Position numbers and translations under genes: made by a program
NCBI GenBank assembly: GCA_964371585.1
Contig: CAYJMD010000001.1
Coordinates: forward strand, 175,049 to 239,048
DNA length: 64,000 nucleotides
Reading direction: 5' to 3'
Origin: an uncultured Clostridiaceae bacterium
GTDB taxonomy: Bacteria; Bacillota; Clostridia; TANB77; CAG-465
Part shown: one piece after another, positions 19,930 through 30,029 of the stretch
Layout: each line of letters opens with the position of its first letter
How positions within the stretch are numbered: position 1 is the first letter of the stretch
The notes under the pieces: generated by a model
Told to the model about the DNA's origin: nothing
What the model saw: the letters and a program-made list of their open reading frames with translations, nothing else
Databases searched by the model: none

Positions 19930-20943
19930 ATGAAAAACAAATTAAAAATTATTACAAACCTAATGAATGCATCTAAAGAACTAAATGATTTTAGTTATTT
20001 TGCAGCACTTAAACTTTTTGATGCCATTCAAAAAGAAAATGAAGCGCTCGGTATTGCATTTGAATGTGCATATCAAAACATTACATTAGAGCAGAAGAAT
20101 AACTTTTTTAGAAATTTATTCATTTACTCAACAGATGAAGAAGAACAAATTAAATTATTAAAATTAGTTTGCACTAAATTTAATGGTGGTAATGAATTAT
20201 CTGATAAGGATAATGTAAGTAATAGTACGCTTATTACTTCTTCTTGTTTGATTGATATGCTTATATCATTTATGGAAAACTTTTCTAAAGCTAATATTAG
20301 CGTTGAAGGTAGTGAAAAATTAAGTGAAGTTATAAATGTTTTAAGAGATACAGCTATAGATGCAATAATGTATATTTTAGCTGAAACAGATACGCATTAT
20401 ACATTACGCTTCATTAATGAACTTTATGATTTTAAAGATAATGAAGTTGCAGTTGTGATTTTTGATGAATTTTTTAATGCAATACATTCACTTGGTGACT
20501 GCGCTGAAGAAAAAGATTTTGAATTTTTAGTATCATCATTTTCAGAAGATTTACTTAAATTTATGTCTGATTCTTATGGTAAAGAGGATATAAATAAAAT
20601 ATATCCTGCGTGCAAATCTTTAATTGAATTTTATTTGTCTAAGCATGATAAATATGAATACTTTGTAGCATTATTTGACTTTGCTACCAAGAATACTTCA
20701 AATAATGAATATTCAATTATACATTCAGTTTTAAACGGTATGCATGAAACTATGAATTTTCTTACTGAGTTTGGAATAACAGTTTTAATTGATATTATCA
20801 CTAAAACAGATGTTAAAAAATTAACTACACCAGAAGATATTTATGAAAAATATATAAAGGATTTAAATTTATCGCAAATTGCAACAGCGGCTAAAGTAAA
20901 TTTAGATATAGATATTCTTACTAAATATGTGTGCATAAAATAA
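19930..20943 (+). CDS. Hypothetical acidic helical protein (337 aa)
   Basis: It is monocistronic with a TTGAAT-17-TATAAT promoter, a GGAGGA RBS and a strong terminator. No motif was recognised. Confidence 0.6.
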   Translation: MKNKLKIITNLMNASKELNDFSYFAALKLFDAIQKENEALGIAFECAYQNITLEQKNNFFRNLFIYSTDEEEQIKLLKLVCTKFNGGNELSDKDNVSNSTLITSSCLIDMLISFMENFSKANISVEGSEKLSEVINVLRDTAIDAIMYILAETDTHYTLRFINELYDFKDNEVAVVIFDEFFNAIHSLGDCAEEKDFEFLVSSFSEDLLKFMSDSYGKEDINKIYPACKSLIEFYLSKHDKYEYFVALFDFATKNTSNNEYSIIHSVLNGMHETMNFLTEFGITVLIDIITKTDVKKLTTPEDIYEKYIKDLNLSQIATAAKVNLDIDILTKYVCIK

Positions 20944-20949
20944 GAAAGA

Positions 20950-20978
20950 GCTCCCTAATTAATTTTAGGGAGCTTTTT
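20950..20978. terminator. Bidirectional intrinsic terminator
   Basis: Hairpin GCTCCCTAA ttaatt TTAGGGAGC is followed by T5, between convergent genes. Confidence 0.8.
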
Positions 20979-20987
20979 ATATTAATT

Positions 20988-21932
20988 TTAGAGAGTAGAC
21001 ATTGATTCTCTTTTTAATAGGTATTCCCATTTAGCATCAATTTCTTTTTGCATTTCATCAATCATCCATCTATTTTCTTCTTTAAACATGTGTTTAAATC
21101 TTTTTTGCATTTTTAAAAATTCTTCAACAGGTTTTTTGTTTGCAGGTTTATAATTGATTTTGTAATTACCATTTATAACTTCATATAATGGCCAAAAACA
21201 AGTATCAATAGCAAGTTTAGATATTGTAGTAAGATCTGAAGAATCATAACCCCATCCACGAGGACAAGGAGCAAGAGCAGATATATATGTTGGTCCTTCA
21301 GTATATATAGCTGTTTCAGCTTTTTCGTATAGATCTTTTAAATTACCAAATAGTGCAGTTTGTGCTACATATGGTAAATTATGATTAACCATAATTTCAG
21401 TTAAATCTTTTCTTTTTTGTATTTTTCCTGGAACAACTTTTCCAGCTGGTGAAGTTGTTGTATCAGCAAAATGTGGAGTAGCAGAAGAACGCTGAGTACC
21501 AGTATTCATATATGCTCCATTGTCATAACAAATATATGTAATGTCATGAGCTCTTTCCATAGCACCAGATAAACTTTGAAGTCCTATATCTAGTGTACCA
21601 CCATCACCACCAAAAGCTAAAAATTTAGTTGTTTTAGTTATTTTACCTTTGCTTTTAAGAGAGTAGTATGTTCTTTCTGCTCCAGATAAAGTAGCAGAAG
21701 CACATTCAAACGCTGTATGTATAAAAGATACATTTTTCCATGCTGTATATGGATAGATACAAGTTGATACTTCAAGACAACCTGTAGCTACAGATACAGT
21801 TGCGTTATCTTCTTTTTTAAGAGCATTTAGAACTGTACGAACAACTGGTGGAGCTCCACAACCAGCACACATTCTATGACCACTAACAAGTCTAGAAGGT
21901 TTTTCTATCATTTCTTTTAAATTATATGCCAT
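20988..21932 (-). CDS. 2-oxoacid:ferredoxin oxidoreductase, beta (TPP-binding) subunit
   Basis: It has the Cys cluster CAGCGAPP...C and the TPP motif GGDGGTLDIG. It is the last gene of a gamma-delta-alpha-beta operon. Confidence 0.9.
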   Translation of the reverse strand: MAYNLKEMIEKPSRLVSGHRMCAGCGAPPVVRTVLNALKKEDNATVSVATGCLEVSTCIYPYTAWKNVSFIHTAFECASATLSGAERTYYSLKSKGKITKTTKFLAFGGDGGTLDIGLQSLSGAMERAHDITYICYDNGAYMNTGTQRSSATPHFADTTTSPAGKVVPGKIQKRKDLTEIMVNHNLPYVAQTALFGNLKDLYEKAETAIYTEGPTYISALAPCPRGWGYDSSDLTTISKLAIDTCFWPLYEVINGNYKINYKPANKKPVEEFLKMQKRFKHMFKEENRWMIDEMQKEIDAKWEYLLKRESMSTL

Positions 21933-21937
21933 TTCAA

Positions 21938-23113
21938 TTATTCCTCCAATCCCAAGTAATTTTTAATTTTATAATCTACTGAGTTACCATTTTCTATATT
22001 TATTAAATCATTAAATACTGTTTCAATGTGATCTGTAGTAACATCTGCACCACCTAAACCATATATATAATTTATAACTTTAGTATCTAGTTTTGCAGTA
22101 TACATAGCAGAAGTGATTTCAGAGTATAATGGGCCTGAATATCCATTTACACTATCAGCTTTATCTAGTATAGCAACAGCTTTAATATTTTTTAAACTTT
22201 CAGCAATTTCGCTATATGGAAGAGGTCTGAAAGCTCTAGGTTTTAAAAGACCAGCTTTAACACCTTTATCTCTTAACATGTCAATAACATCTTTAGTTGT
22301 TCCACAAGTTGAACTAAGAGCAACTATAGCTATGTCAGCATCATCTAACATATATTTTTCATACAAGTCATATTTTCTTCCTGTTAATTTAGAATATTCT
22401 GAAGATATTTTTTGAATTACTTCTTTAGAATCACTCATAGCATCTGCAATAATAGTTCTATGTTTAAAGAAACTTTTTTGAAGATCTAAAGGTCCCATTG
22501 ATATATTTCTATTATCATCAAGTAGATATTCTTCAGGTATATATTCACCAACAAATTCTTTAACTTTTTCTGTTTCTAATATTTCAATGTTTTCTATAGC
22601 ATGTGATGTTATAAAACCATCATAACAAACCATAACCGGTAGTTTAACTTCTTCAGCTATTCTAACAGCCATTATTAAATTATCATAAGCCTCTTGAGCT
22701 GTTTCAGAATATAATTGTATAAAACCACAATCTCTAGAACCCATTGAATCTGAATGATCATTATGTATGTTAAGTGGAGCAGATAAAGCTCTATTTGCAA
22801 CTGCCATAACTATAGGAAGTCTCATACCACTTGCTATGTATAACATTTCATGCATAAGTGCAAGCCCTTGTGAAGAAGTAGCAGTCATAACTCTACCTCC
22901 AGCAGCAGATGCTCCAATACATGCTGCCATAGCGCTGTGCTCACTTTCAACTGGTATAAATTCAGTAGTTACAGAACCATTTGCAACAAAATTAGAAAAG
23001 TACTGAGGTACTTCTGTAGATGGTGTTATTGGGTATGCAGCAACAGTATCTGGATTAATTTGTTTCATGGCGGTAGCAACAGCTTCGTTACCACTTAATC
23101 TTTCTCTTATCAT
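21938..23113 (-). CDS. 2-oxoacid:ferredoxin oxidoreductase, alpha subunit
   Basis: The N-terminus is the typical POR/VOR alpha sequence LSGNEAVATAMKQINPDTVAAYPITPSTE. Size and operon position fit. Confidence 0.9.
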   Translation of the reverse strand: MIRERLSGNEAVATAMKQINPDTVAAYPITPSTEVPQYFSNFVANGSVTTEFIPVESEHSAMAACIGASAAGGRVMTATSSQGLALMHEMLYIASGMRLPIVMAVANRALSAPLNIHNDHSDSMGSRDCGFIQLYSETAQEAYDNLIMAVRIAEEVKLPVMVCYDGFITSHAIENIEILETEKVKEFVGEYIPEEYLLDDNRNISMGPLDLQKSFFKHRTIIADAMSDSKEVIQKISSEYSKLTGRKYDLYEKYMLDDADIAIVALSSTCGTTKDVIDMLRDKGVKAGLLKPRAFRPLPYSEIAESLKNIKAVAILDKADSVNGYSGPLYSEITSAMYTAKLDTKVINYIYGLGGADVTTDHIETVFNDLINIENGNSVDYKIKNYLGLEE

Positions 23114-23115
23114 AC

Positions 23116-23382
23116 TTAAACACCTTCTTTCATTTCAATAGCTTTAAAAGGACATACTTTAGCACATACTCCACAACCTTTGCAGTAGTCTAAATCAAAT
23201 CCTTCATGAATACTATTAGTGTGTTTTATACAATCTTCAGGACAGTATGGTACACACATCATACAATTTTTACATTTTTCTTTATCAACTATAGGAGTTT
23301 TATTTCTCCAGTTTCCAGTTTTAAAATCTACAGAATTTCCATCTCTTAAGATATTACTAGAAATTTCACTAAATTCTTTCAT
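23116..23382 (-). CDS. 2-oxoacid:ferredoxin oxidoreductase, delta subunit (2x[4Fe-4S] ferredoxin)
   Basis: It carries two CxxCxxCxxxCP motifs, CKNCMMCVPYCP and CKGCGVCAKVCP. Confidence 0.9.
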   Translation of the reverse strand: MKEFSEISSNILRDGNSVDFKTGNWRNKTPIVDKEKCKNCMMCVPYCPEDCIKHTNSIHEGFDLDYCKGCGVCAKVCPFKAIEMKEGV

Positions 23383-23386
23383 TATG

Positions 23387-23956
23387 TTATCCTCCTATTA
23401 ATTCATCAAAACCACGGTATAAGCACTCCATATTAGGTGCAATAACTTCAGGTTTACGTGCAAATTTATGTTTGAAAGAAGTTTCCATATCACGGATTAA
23501 GTCTTCTTTTGACATAATATCTGTAATTTTCACTATACCAGCTAAGAGAGCTGTATTAGGGAAGTTTGCTTTTAATGTATCTTTTGCTATTTTTGTAGCA
23601 TCAAGTAAATAAACTTTACCTGTATAATTAGGTAGAAGTGATTTTATTTCTTCCATTGATTTACTAGTATTAATAAGTATAGCACCTTTTTCTTTAAGAC
23701 CGCTTGTTACATCAACACTTGTAAGTAATGTATCATCAACAACTACAACAAATCCTGGAGTATATATATTAGAATGAACTCTAATTGGTGCAAAACTTAT
23801 TCTGTTATATGCTGTAATAGGAGCACCCATTCTTTCAGGTCCGTATTCAGGAAATCCTTGTATATATTTTCCAGTATTAAACGCTGCATCTGCAAGTAGT
23901 AATGAAGCTGTTTTTGCTCCTTGACCACCACGTCCATGCCATCTGATTTCTATCAT
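23387..23956 (-). CDS. 2-oxoacid:ferredoxin oxidoreductase, gamma subunit
   Basis: The N-terminus IRWHGRGGQGAKTASLLLA is typical of POR/VOR gamma subunits. Confidence 0.9.
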   Translation of the reverse strand: MIEIRWHGRGGQGAKTASLLLADAAFNTGKYIQGFPEYGPERMGAPITAYNRISFAPIRVHSNIYTPGFVVVVDDTLLTSVDVTSGLKEKGAILINTSKSMEEIKSLLPNYTGKVYLLDATKIAKDTLKANFPNTALLAGIVKITDIMSKEDLIRDMETSFKHKFARKPEVIAPNMECLYRGFDELIGG

Positions 23957-24192
23957 TTTATTCCTCCTTTATGATATCATAATCTACCAATGAATATTTA
24001 AATATCATTAGTTAGTTTCAAATTAATTATATAACTTAAGTGGTAATAAGTCAATTATATAGCATAAAATAACAAAAAAATGTATTAGTAAAAAATATTA
24101 ATTATTAGTTGCATAATAAAGCTTTATGTAATATAATGTAGTATAAGTAAAAATATTTAGTTTAAATTAATTAATTTAAAGGAGGACATATC

Positions 24193-24537
24193 ATGCAAAA
24201 TGGTCATGAAAAACCACAAACTACATTAGAGAAATATTTAGGATTGATGAAAAAAAATCATCAAATTGCAGAAGATATACGATTTGAATTTTGTTATGGC
24301 AGTAAAACTCAAATGCAAATTCTTATTACTAGAATGAAAGTTATTAAAATGCAAATAGAAGAGCTTAAAAACTCACATGATGTAAAGGAATATCTTGAAA
24401 ATCGAAATAAAGAAAAAGATAAGAGATATAAAAAGAAAAAAGAGGAAAATAAGCCATTTAATAATTTTAATAAACTTAAGCATGTAAAAGTTTATCCTCA
24501 TAGACGCACAAGACATTTTAATCAAAAAGCAAATTAA
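24193..24537 (+). CDS. Hypothetical basic protein (114 aa)
   Basis: A TTGCAT-17-TATAAT promoter and an AAGGAGG RBS precede it. It is the first gene of a two-gene operon closed by a terminator. Confidence 0.5.
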   Translation: MQNGHEKPQTTLEKYLGLMKKNHQIAEDIRFEFCYGSKTQMQILITRMKVIKMQIEELKNSHDVKEYLENRNKEKDKRYKKKKEENKPFNNFNKLKHVKVYPHRRTRHFNQKAN

Positions 24538-24561
24538 CATAATTGTAAAGGAGAAAAATTC

Positions 24562-24750
24562 ATGTCAAATTTATGTAATAATTCAAATTTAAATGATCCA
24601 GAAAATGCAAAGAAGCATCTAATTGCAACAATTGGTAGATATAATAATAATTTTTCATACTATCAAAATCAACCCGAAGATAAAAGAGCTATTGAAGAAG
24701 AGATTCTTTATTATAAGCAAAGAGCAAATATAGATAAAGATGTTAACTAG
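24562..24750 (+). CDS. Hypothetical small protein (62 aa)
   Basis: It has an AAGGAGA RBS, lies 24 nt after the upstream gene and is followed by a terminator. Confidence 0.45.
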   Translation: MSNLCNNSNLNDPENAKKHLIATIGRYNNNFSYYQNQPEDKRAIEEEILYYKQRANIDKDVN

Positions 24751-24811
24751 AAATATAGTTAAGTTAATTAATTTACAATCCTCTTTTTTATGGTAATTCT
24801 TAAGTTGACGA

Positions 24812-24840
24812 AAACACCTCATATTGAGGTGTTTTTGTTT
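24812..24840 (+). terminator. Intrinsic terminator of the small-protein operon
   Basis: Hairpin ACACCTCA tat TGAGGTGT is followed by T5. Confidence 0.8.
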
Positions 24841-24963
24841 TGTTTAAAGTATTATACTTTTTAGTAAACTGTACATAATAGTAATATAATAAATAATTGG
24901 TATATAATGTTCTGAATATATGACAAAATCCATAAAATTAACATTTAAAATACACTAAATTTC

Positions 24964-24992
24964 TTGACAAAATGGCAAAAATTGTATATAAT
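24964..24992 (+). promoter_or_regulatory. Promoter of pta-ackA
   Basis: TTGACA (24964-24969), a 17-nt spacer, then TATAAT (24987-24992). It lies inside the ORF-track N-terminal extension of pta. Confidence 0.6.
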
Positions 24993-25016
24993 GTAGGAAG
25001 TGAGGTGCAAATAATT

Positions 25017-26030
25017 ATGGAATTTTCCGGAATAACAAAGGAAATAATAGAAAGAGCAAAATTAGACAAGAAAAGGGTAGTACTACCAGAAACAAGTGAT
25101 TTAAGAGTACTAAAAGCTGCTGAATACATTTCAAAAAATGATATAGCAGATGTTATTTTAATAGGGAGTTTAGATGAGATTGAATTTTTATGCAAAGTTA
25201 ATAATATAGATTTAGATTTTAACTTAATAAAATTAGAAAATCCAGCTATAAGTGAAAAAAGAGAATTTTACACAGAAGCGTTATATGAATTAAGAAAAAA
25301 TAAAGGATTATCAATGGTTCAGGCAATGGAACTTATTAACGATAATGTATATTTTGGTATGATGATGGTAAAAACTCAAGATGCAGATGGACTAGTTTCA
25401 GGTGCTATTCATTCTACAGCTGATACATTAAGACCAGCATTACAGATTATTAAAGCTGCTGATGGTCAAAAAACAGTGTCATCGTTTTTCATAATGGATG
25501 TACCAAATTCAGATTTTGCAGCTAAGGGAAGATATATATTCTCAGACTGTGGATTAATTGAAGATCCTACATCAGAACAATTAAGAGATATTGCAATAAG
25601 TGCAAGTCAAAGTTATAAATTATTTACACATGAAGATGCTAAAGTTGCATTTTTATCATATTCTACATATGGTAGTGCAAAATCAGAAAAAGTTGATAAA
25701 GTTAGAAATGCTGTTGAACTTTTAAAAGCAGAAAATGTTGATTTTGATTTTGATGGGGAATTACAACTAGATAGTGCAATAGTAAAAGAAGTTGCTAAAC
25801 TAAAATGTCCAGATAGTAAAGTTGCAGGTTATGCTAATACTTTAATATTCCCAAATATTGAAGCAGGTAACATAGGTTATAAATTAGTACAAAGATTTGC
25901 TAAAGCTACAGCGATAGGTCCACTTACTCAAGGTCTTGCAAAACCAGTTAATGACTTATCAAGAGGATGTTCTGCTGAAGAAATAGTTGGAGCGGTTGCA
26001 GTTACAGCAATTCAAGCTCAAGTGAAATAA
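25017..26030 (+). CDS. pta: Phosphate acetyltransferase
   Basis: It is full-length Pta-like (RVVLPE, GLVSGAIHSTADTLRPALQIIK, ANTLIFPNIEAGNIGYKL). The ATG at 25017 follows a GAGGTG RBS. Confidence 0.92.
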   Translation: MEFSGITKEIIERAKLDKKRVVLPETSDLRVLKAAEYISKNDIADVILIGSLDEIEFLCKVNNIDLDFNLIKLENPAISEKREFYTEALYELRKNKGLSMVQAMELINDNVYFGMMMVKTQDADGLVSGAIHSTADTLRPALQIIKAADGQKTVSSFFIMDVPNSDFAAKGRYIFSDCGLIEDPTSEQLRDIAISASQSYKLFTHEDAKVAFLSYSTYGSAKSEKVDKVRNAVELLKAENVDFDFDGELQLDSAIVKEVAKLKCPDSKVAGYANTLIFPNIEAGNIGYKLVQRFAKATAIGPLTQGLAKPVNDLSRGCSAEEIVGAVAVTAIQAQVK

Positions 26031-26060
26031 TAATATAAATGTAAGAAAGAAGGTAAAATT

Positions 26061-27278
26061 ATGAAAGTATTAGTAATAAATTGTGGAAGTTCTACAATTA
26101 AATTCCAATTATACAATATGGAAACAAATGAAGTGTTAGCTAAAGGTAGATGTGATCAAGTAGGTCTTGACGCGTCATACTTAATTTATAAAAATCCAGC
26201 TAAAGATATAAGCTTTGAAAGACCAGCTCCAATGCCAACACATAAAGAAGGTATGGAACTTATATTAAAAGCTTTAGTTGATCCTGTTGAAGGAGCAGTT
26301 TCTTCTTTAGAAGAAATTGAAGCTGTTGGACATAGAATTGTTCACGGTGGAGAAACATTTAGTAAATCAGTAATGATTGATGATGAAGTTATAGCAGAAG
26401 TTGAAAAATTATCAGTTCTTGCTCCACTTCATAATCCAGCATGTGCTACAGGTGTTAAAGCTATAAGAGCTATTATGCCTAATGTTATTAATGTTGCTGT
26501 TTTTGATACTGCATTCCATCAAACAATACCAGAAGCTAACTATAGATATGCTATAAAAGAAGAATACTATACAAAATATGGTATTAGAAAATATGGTTTC
26601 CACGGAAGTTCATACATGTATATCTTAGATAGACTTACTGAACACTTAAACAAACCAAAACATGATATAAACGCAATTGTTTGTCACTTAGGTGGAGGAG
26701 CAAGTATGTGTGCTATTAAAAATGGAGAATCTTTTGATACATCAATGGGATTCACTCCACTTCAAGGTTTAGTTATGGAAACTAGATCTGGAGATATTGA
26801 TGCTTCAGTAACAGCATTCTTAATGGAAAAAGAAGGATTATCTGCAAGTGAAATAGTAAATGTTCTAAATAAACAATCTGGAAGAATTGGTCTTTGCGGA
26901 ATTGGTGATCATAGAGCACTTTGTGCTGCAGCAGATAAAGGAAATGAAAAAGCAGAGCTTGCTAAACAAATACAATATAGTAGATCTAGACAATATATTG
27001 GTGCATATATGGCGCACTTAAATAGAGTAGATGCTATAGTATTTACTGGCGGTATCGGAGAAAACGATGCTTTAGAAAGAGCTAATACATTAGAAGATAT
27101 GGAATACTTAGGAATAAAAGTTGATACAGATAAAAACTTAGAAGGTTCAAGAAAAGAATCTCTAGTTTCTACTGAAGATTCAAGAGTTAAAGTATTTGTT
27201 ATACCTACTGATGAAGAACTTGAAATAGCTAAACAAACTAAAGAAGTATTTTTCGAAGCAAAAAGTAGAGCTATGTAA
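26061..27278 (+). CDS. ackA: Acetate kinase
   Basis: Motifs present are MKVLVINCGSSTIKFQLY, GHRIVHGG and RKYGFHGSSY. It is adjacent to pta. Confidence 0.95.
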   Translation: MKVLVINCGSSTIKFQLYNMETNEVLAKGRCDQVGLDASYLIYKNPAKDISFERPAPMPTHKEGMELILKALVDPVEGAVSSLEEIEAVGHRIVHGGETFSKSVMIDDEVIAEVEKLSVLAPLHNPACATGVKAIRAIMPNVINVAVFDTAFHQTIPEANYRYAIKEEYYTKYGIRKYGFHGSSYMYILDRLTEHLNKPKHDINAIVCHLGGGASMCAIKNGESFDTSMGFTPLQGLVMETRSGDIDASVTAFLMEKEGLSASEIVNVLNKQSGRIGLCGIGDHRALCAAADKGNEKAELAKQIQYSRSRQYIGAYMAHLNRVDAIVFTGGIGENDALERANTLEDMEYLGIKVDTDKNLEGSRKESLVSTEDSRVKVFVIPTDEELEIAKQTKEVFFEAKSRAM

Positions 27279-27352
27279 TATATAAATTTAAGGCAAGTAT
27301 TTATTAACTATATAATGGGTACTTGTCCTTTCGTATAATTTTGAGGGTTGAA

Positions 27353-28579
27353 ATGGTTGAAAATATAAAAAGAATACAAAATAGTTTAAAATCAAATAAT
27401 ATCAAATTATGGGTTTTAGTAAATAGCGGTAATTCAGATGATATATTTACTAAATATATATCAAATAAAATATATACATTCTCTCTATGTTTTGTTACAG
27501 AGAGAAAAACATATATATTAATTCATGATTTAGATAAAGATAATATAAAGAATTTAGATGAGCTTGCGCGAAATAATATTTATATAGTTGTATATAAATC
27601 TAAACTGGATTTATCTGCTAAGATTGAGGATATAATTTCAGACTTAGGATTTATTAATAATATATCATTATCATATTCAACTAAGGGAGATAGAGATATT
27701 GATATACTTGGGCATGGTGAGTTTATTGAAGTAACGGATATGCTTAAAGTACCATATATAAGGTATAAGAAAAAATTAAAAATATCTTCTGCCGAAAATG
27801 TTATATATGATTTGATTTGCGAAAAAACAGATAAACAAATAGAGAGAATTACTAATGTTCAAAAAATAACACATACTATATTAGAAACAGCTTTTAAAAC
27901 TGCTAAAATAGGTATGACTGAAATTGATATGCAAAATCATATTATTAAGCTAGCTAAGAAGACTGTAAAAAAACATTTAAACAGTGAAATAATTTCTTTT
28001 AGTTTTGCATGGGATAATTGTCCATTTGTACTATTTGGTGAAAATTTAAAAAAAGGTGGTCATACACTTCCAAGTGATAAGAAATTAGAAAGAGGTAACA
28101 CGCTATATGCAGATTTTGGTATATGTCTTAAATACTCTGATGGAGAATATGTATATTCGGATATACAAAGAATGGGTTATGTTACTAAATATGGGACTAA
28201 GGAAGTTCCACATGATGTACAACACGTTTTTGATACTTTAAAAGAATCTGTTGAAAAAGGACTAGAAATAATGAAACCAGCTGTTATAGCTCATGATGTA
28301 GATGAAGTAGTTAGAAAACATATAACATCTAATTCATATCCTAGTTATAATCATGCAACTGGTCATCCTGTAGGGCTTAAAGTACATGATGTTGGTGCAA
28401 TAATTTCTTCTAAGAATAATAAGAAAGCAAATCTTCAATTAGTTAATAATGGTATATATACATTAGAACCAAGAATAGCTATTGAAAATGGAGGCTCTAT
28501 TGAAGAAATGATAATTGTTACTGAATTTGGTGGTAAAATACTAGGTTATGAACAAGATAAGTTATATGTTATAAAATAA
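27353..28579 (+). CDS. M24 family peptidase (Xaa-Pro dipeptidase-like)
   Basis: The C-terminal pita-bread domain carries GHPVGLKVHD and YTLEPRIAI...IEEMIIVT. The ATG at 27353 follows GAGGG. The ORF-track start at 27323 lies inside the ackA terminator hairpin. Confidence 0.8.
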   Translation: MVENIKRIQNSLKSNNIKLWVLVNSGNSDDIFTKYISNKIYTFSLCFVTERKTYILIHDLDKDNIKNLDELARNNIYIVVYKSKLDLSAKIEDIISDLGFINNISLSYSTKGDRDIDILGHGEFIEVTDMLKVPYIRYKKKLKISSAENVIYDLICEKTDKQIERITNVQKITHTILETAFKTAKIGMTEIDMQNHIIKLAKKTVKKHLNSEIISFSFAWDNCPFVLFGENLKKGGHTLPSDKKLERGNTLYADFGICLKYSDGEYVYSDIQRMGYVTKYGTKEVPHDVQHVFDTLKESVEKGLEIMKPAVIAHDVDEVVRKHITSNSYPSYNHATGHPVGLKVHDVGAIISSKNNKKANLQLVNNGIYTLEPRIAIENGGSIEEMIIVTEFGGKILGYEQDKLYVIK

Positions 28580-28593
28580 GAAAGGTGATAGAT

Positions 28594-29976
28594 ATGAATT
28601 TAAAATATGAAAAAAAGAATGTTTATGAAAATTTAGACGCAAAAGAAATTAAAGAGATGGATAAATATATTAAAGGATATATGGATTTTATGACAGTTGT
28701 TAAAACTGAATATGAAGCTGTTGAAGAAGTAGTTAAAAAACTAGAAAAAGCAGGGTTTAAAGCTTTAAGTACATTTAAAAAATTAAAGAAAAATGATAAA
28801 GTTTATTTTATTAATAAAGAAAAATCATTATACGCAGCAGTTATTGGTAGTGATGATATTGCAAGTGGTCTTAATATTTTAGGAGCTCATATAGATTCTC
28901 CTAGACTAGATTTAAAACCAATGCCACTTTATGAAAATAAAGGAATAGGTCTTTTAAAAACTCAGTATTATGGTGGAATTAAAAAATATCAATGGCTTAC
29001 AATACCACTTAGTATGCACGGTGTTATATATACCAAAGATAATGAAAAAGTAAAAATAACTTTAGGTGAAAAAGAAGATGAACCTTGCTTTACTATAGCA
29101 GATTTATTACCTCATTTAGCTAAAGATCAAATGAAACAAACAGCAAATGAATTTATAGATCCTGAAAAAATGTCTATATTATTTGGATCAATAAAATCAG
29201 GTGATAAAGATGAAAAAGAAAATACTGTTAAAAATAATATATTAAAATTATTAAATAAAAAATATGGTATTACAGAAATTGATTTTGCTCGCAGTGAAAT
29301 TTCATTTGTTCCAGCATTTAAACCAAGGTATATTGGACTAGATAGTAGTTTACTTGGAGCATATGGTCATGATGACAGAATTTGTAGTTATGCTACAATA
29401 GAAGCTTTAATAAATGCAAAAGAAACAAGTAAAACTTTAGTTGCCATGATTGTGGATAAAGAAGAAATAGGAAGTGTTGGTAATACATCAATGAGCTCTA
29501 ATATTTTTGATATGTTCATTAATAAATTAATTAAATTAAAAAACGAAAAAGATGTAGATTTATTTGAAGTTTATTATAATTCAAAAATGTTATCAGCTGA
29601 TGTTTCAACTGCAATAGATCCATGTCATGAAGAAGTTTCAGATATTCAAAATGCTAATCTTGTAGGATGTGGAGTATCACTAGAAAAATATACAGGTAGT
29701 GGTGGTAAATACAATAGTTCTGATGCAAATGCAGCATATGTTTCTGAAGTTATGAATGTGTTTGAAAAAGCTGGTGTAATGTTCCAAATGGGAACTTTAG
29801 GTAAAATCGAAAAAGGTGGAGGCGGTACAATAGCATACATCTTAGCAGAAAAAGGTGTAGATGTAATTGATTGTGGAACGCCTGTATTATCTATGCACTC
29901 GCCATTTGAAACGGTTGCAGCTACAGATACATATATGACATATAAAGCGTATCTTGCTTTTTACAATAATATCTAA
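28594..29976 (+). CDS. M18 family aminopeptidase
   Basis: Motifs present are GAHIDSPRLDLKP, DKEEIGS and SMHSPFE. The ATG at 28594 follows AAAGGTGA. Confidence 0.85.
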   Translation: MNLKYEKKNVYENLDAKEIKEMDKYIKGYMDFMTVVKTEYEAVEEVVKKLEKAGFKALSTFKKLKKNDKVYFINKEKSLYAAVIGSDDIASGLNILGAHIDSPRLDLKPMPLYENKGIGLLKTQYYGGIKKYQWLTIPLSMHGVIYTKDNEKVKITLGEKEDEPCFTIADLLPHLAKDQMKQTANEFIDPEKMSILFGSIKSGDKDEKENTVKNNILKLLNKKYGITEIDFARSEISFVPAFKPRYIGLDSSLLGAYGHDDRICSYATIEALINAKETSKTLVAMIVDKEEIGSVGNTSMSSNIFDMFINKLIKLKNEKDVDLFEVYYNSKMLSADVSTAIDPCHEEVSDIQNANLVGCGVSLEKYTGSGGKYNSSDANAAYVSEVMNVFEKAGVMFQMGTLGKIEKGGGGTIAYILAEKGVDVIDCGTPVLSMHSPFETVAATDTYMTYKAYLAFYNNI

Positions 29977-30029
29977 TATAATAATAGAGATTATAGTATA
30001 TAAAAATATTACTTAAAGGGGGGATATAC

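Noticed and set aside
24972-25016. N-terminal extensions proposed by the ORF track. For pta this is 24972. The others are 4549, 6572, 10294, 11105, 11476, 27323, 28585, 32542, 34293, 49655, 54302 and 61760.
   Set aside because: In each case the extension overlaps a promoter, a terminator, the RBS itself or a tRNA. A downstream in-frame start has a properly spaced Shine-Dalgarno sequence and matches the family's normal N-terminus.
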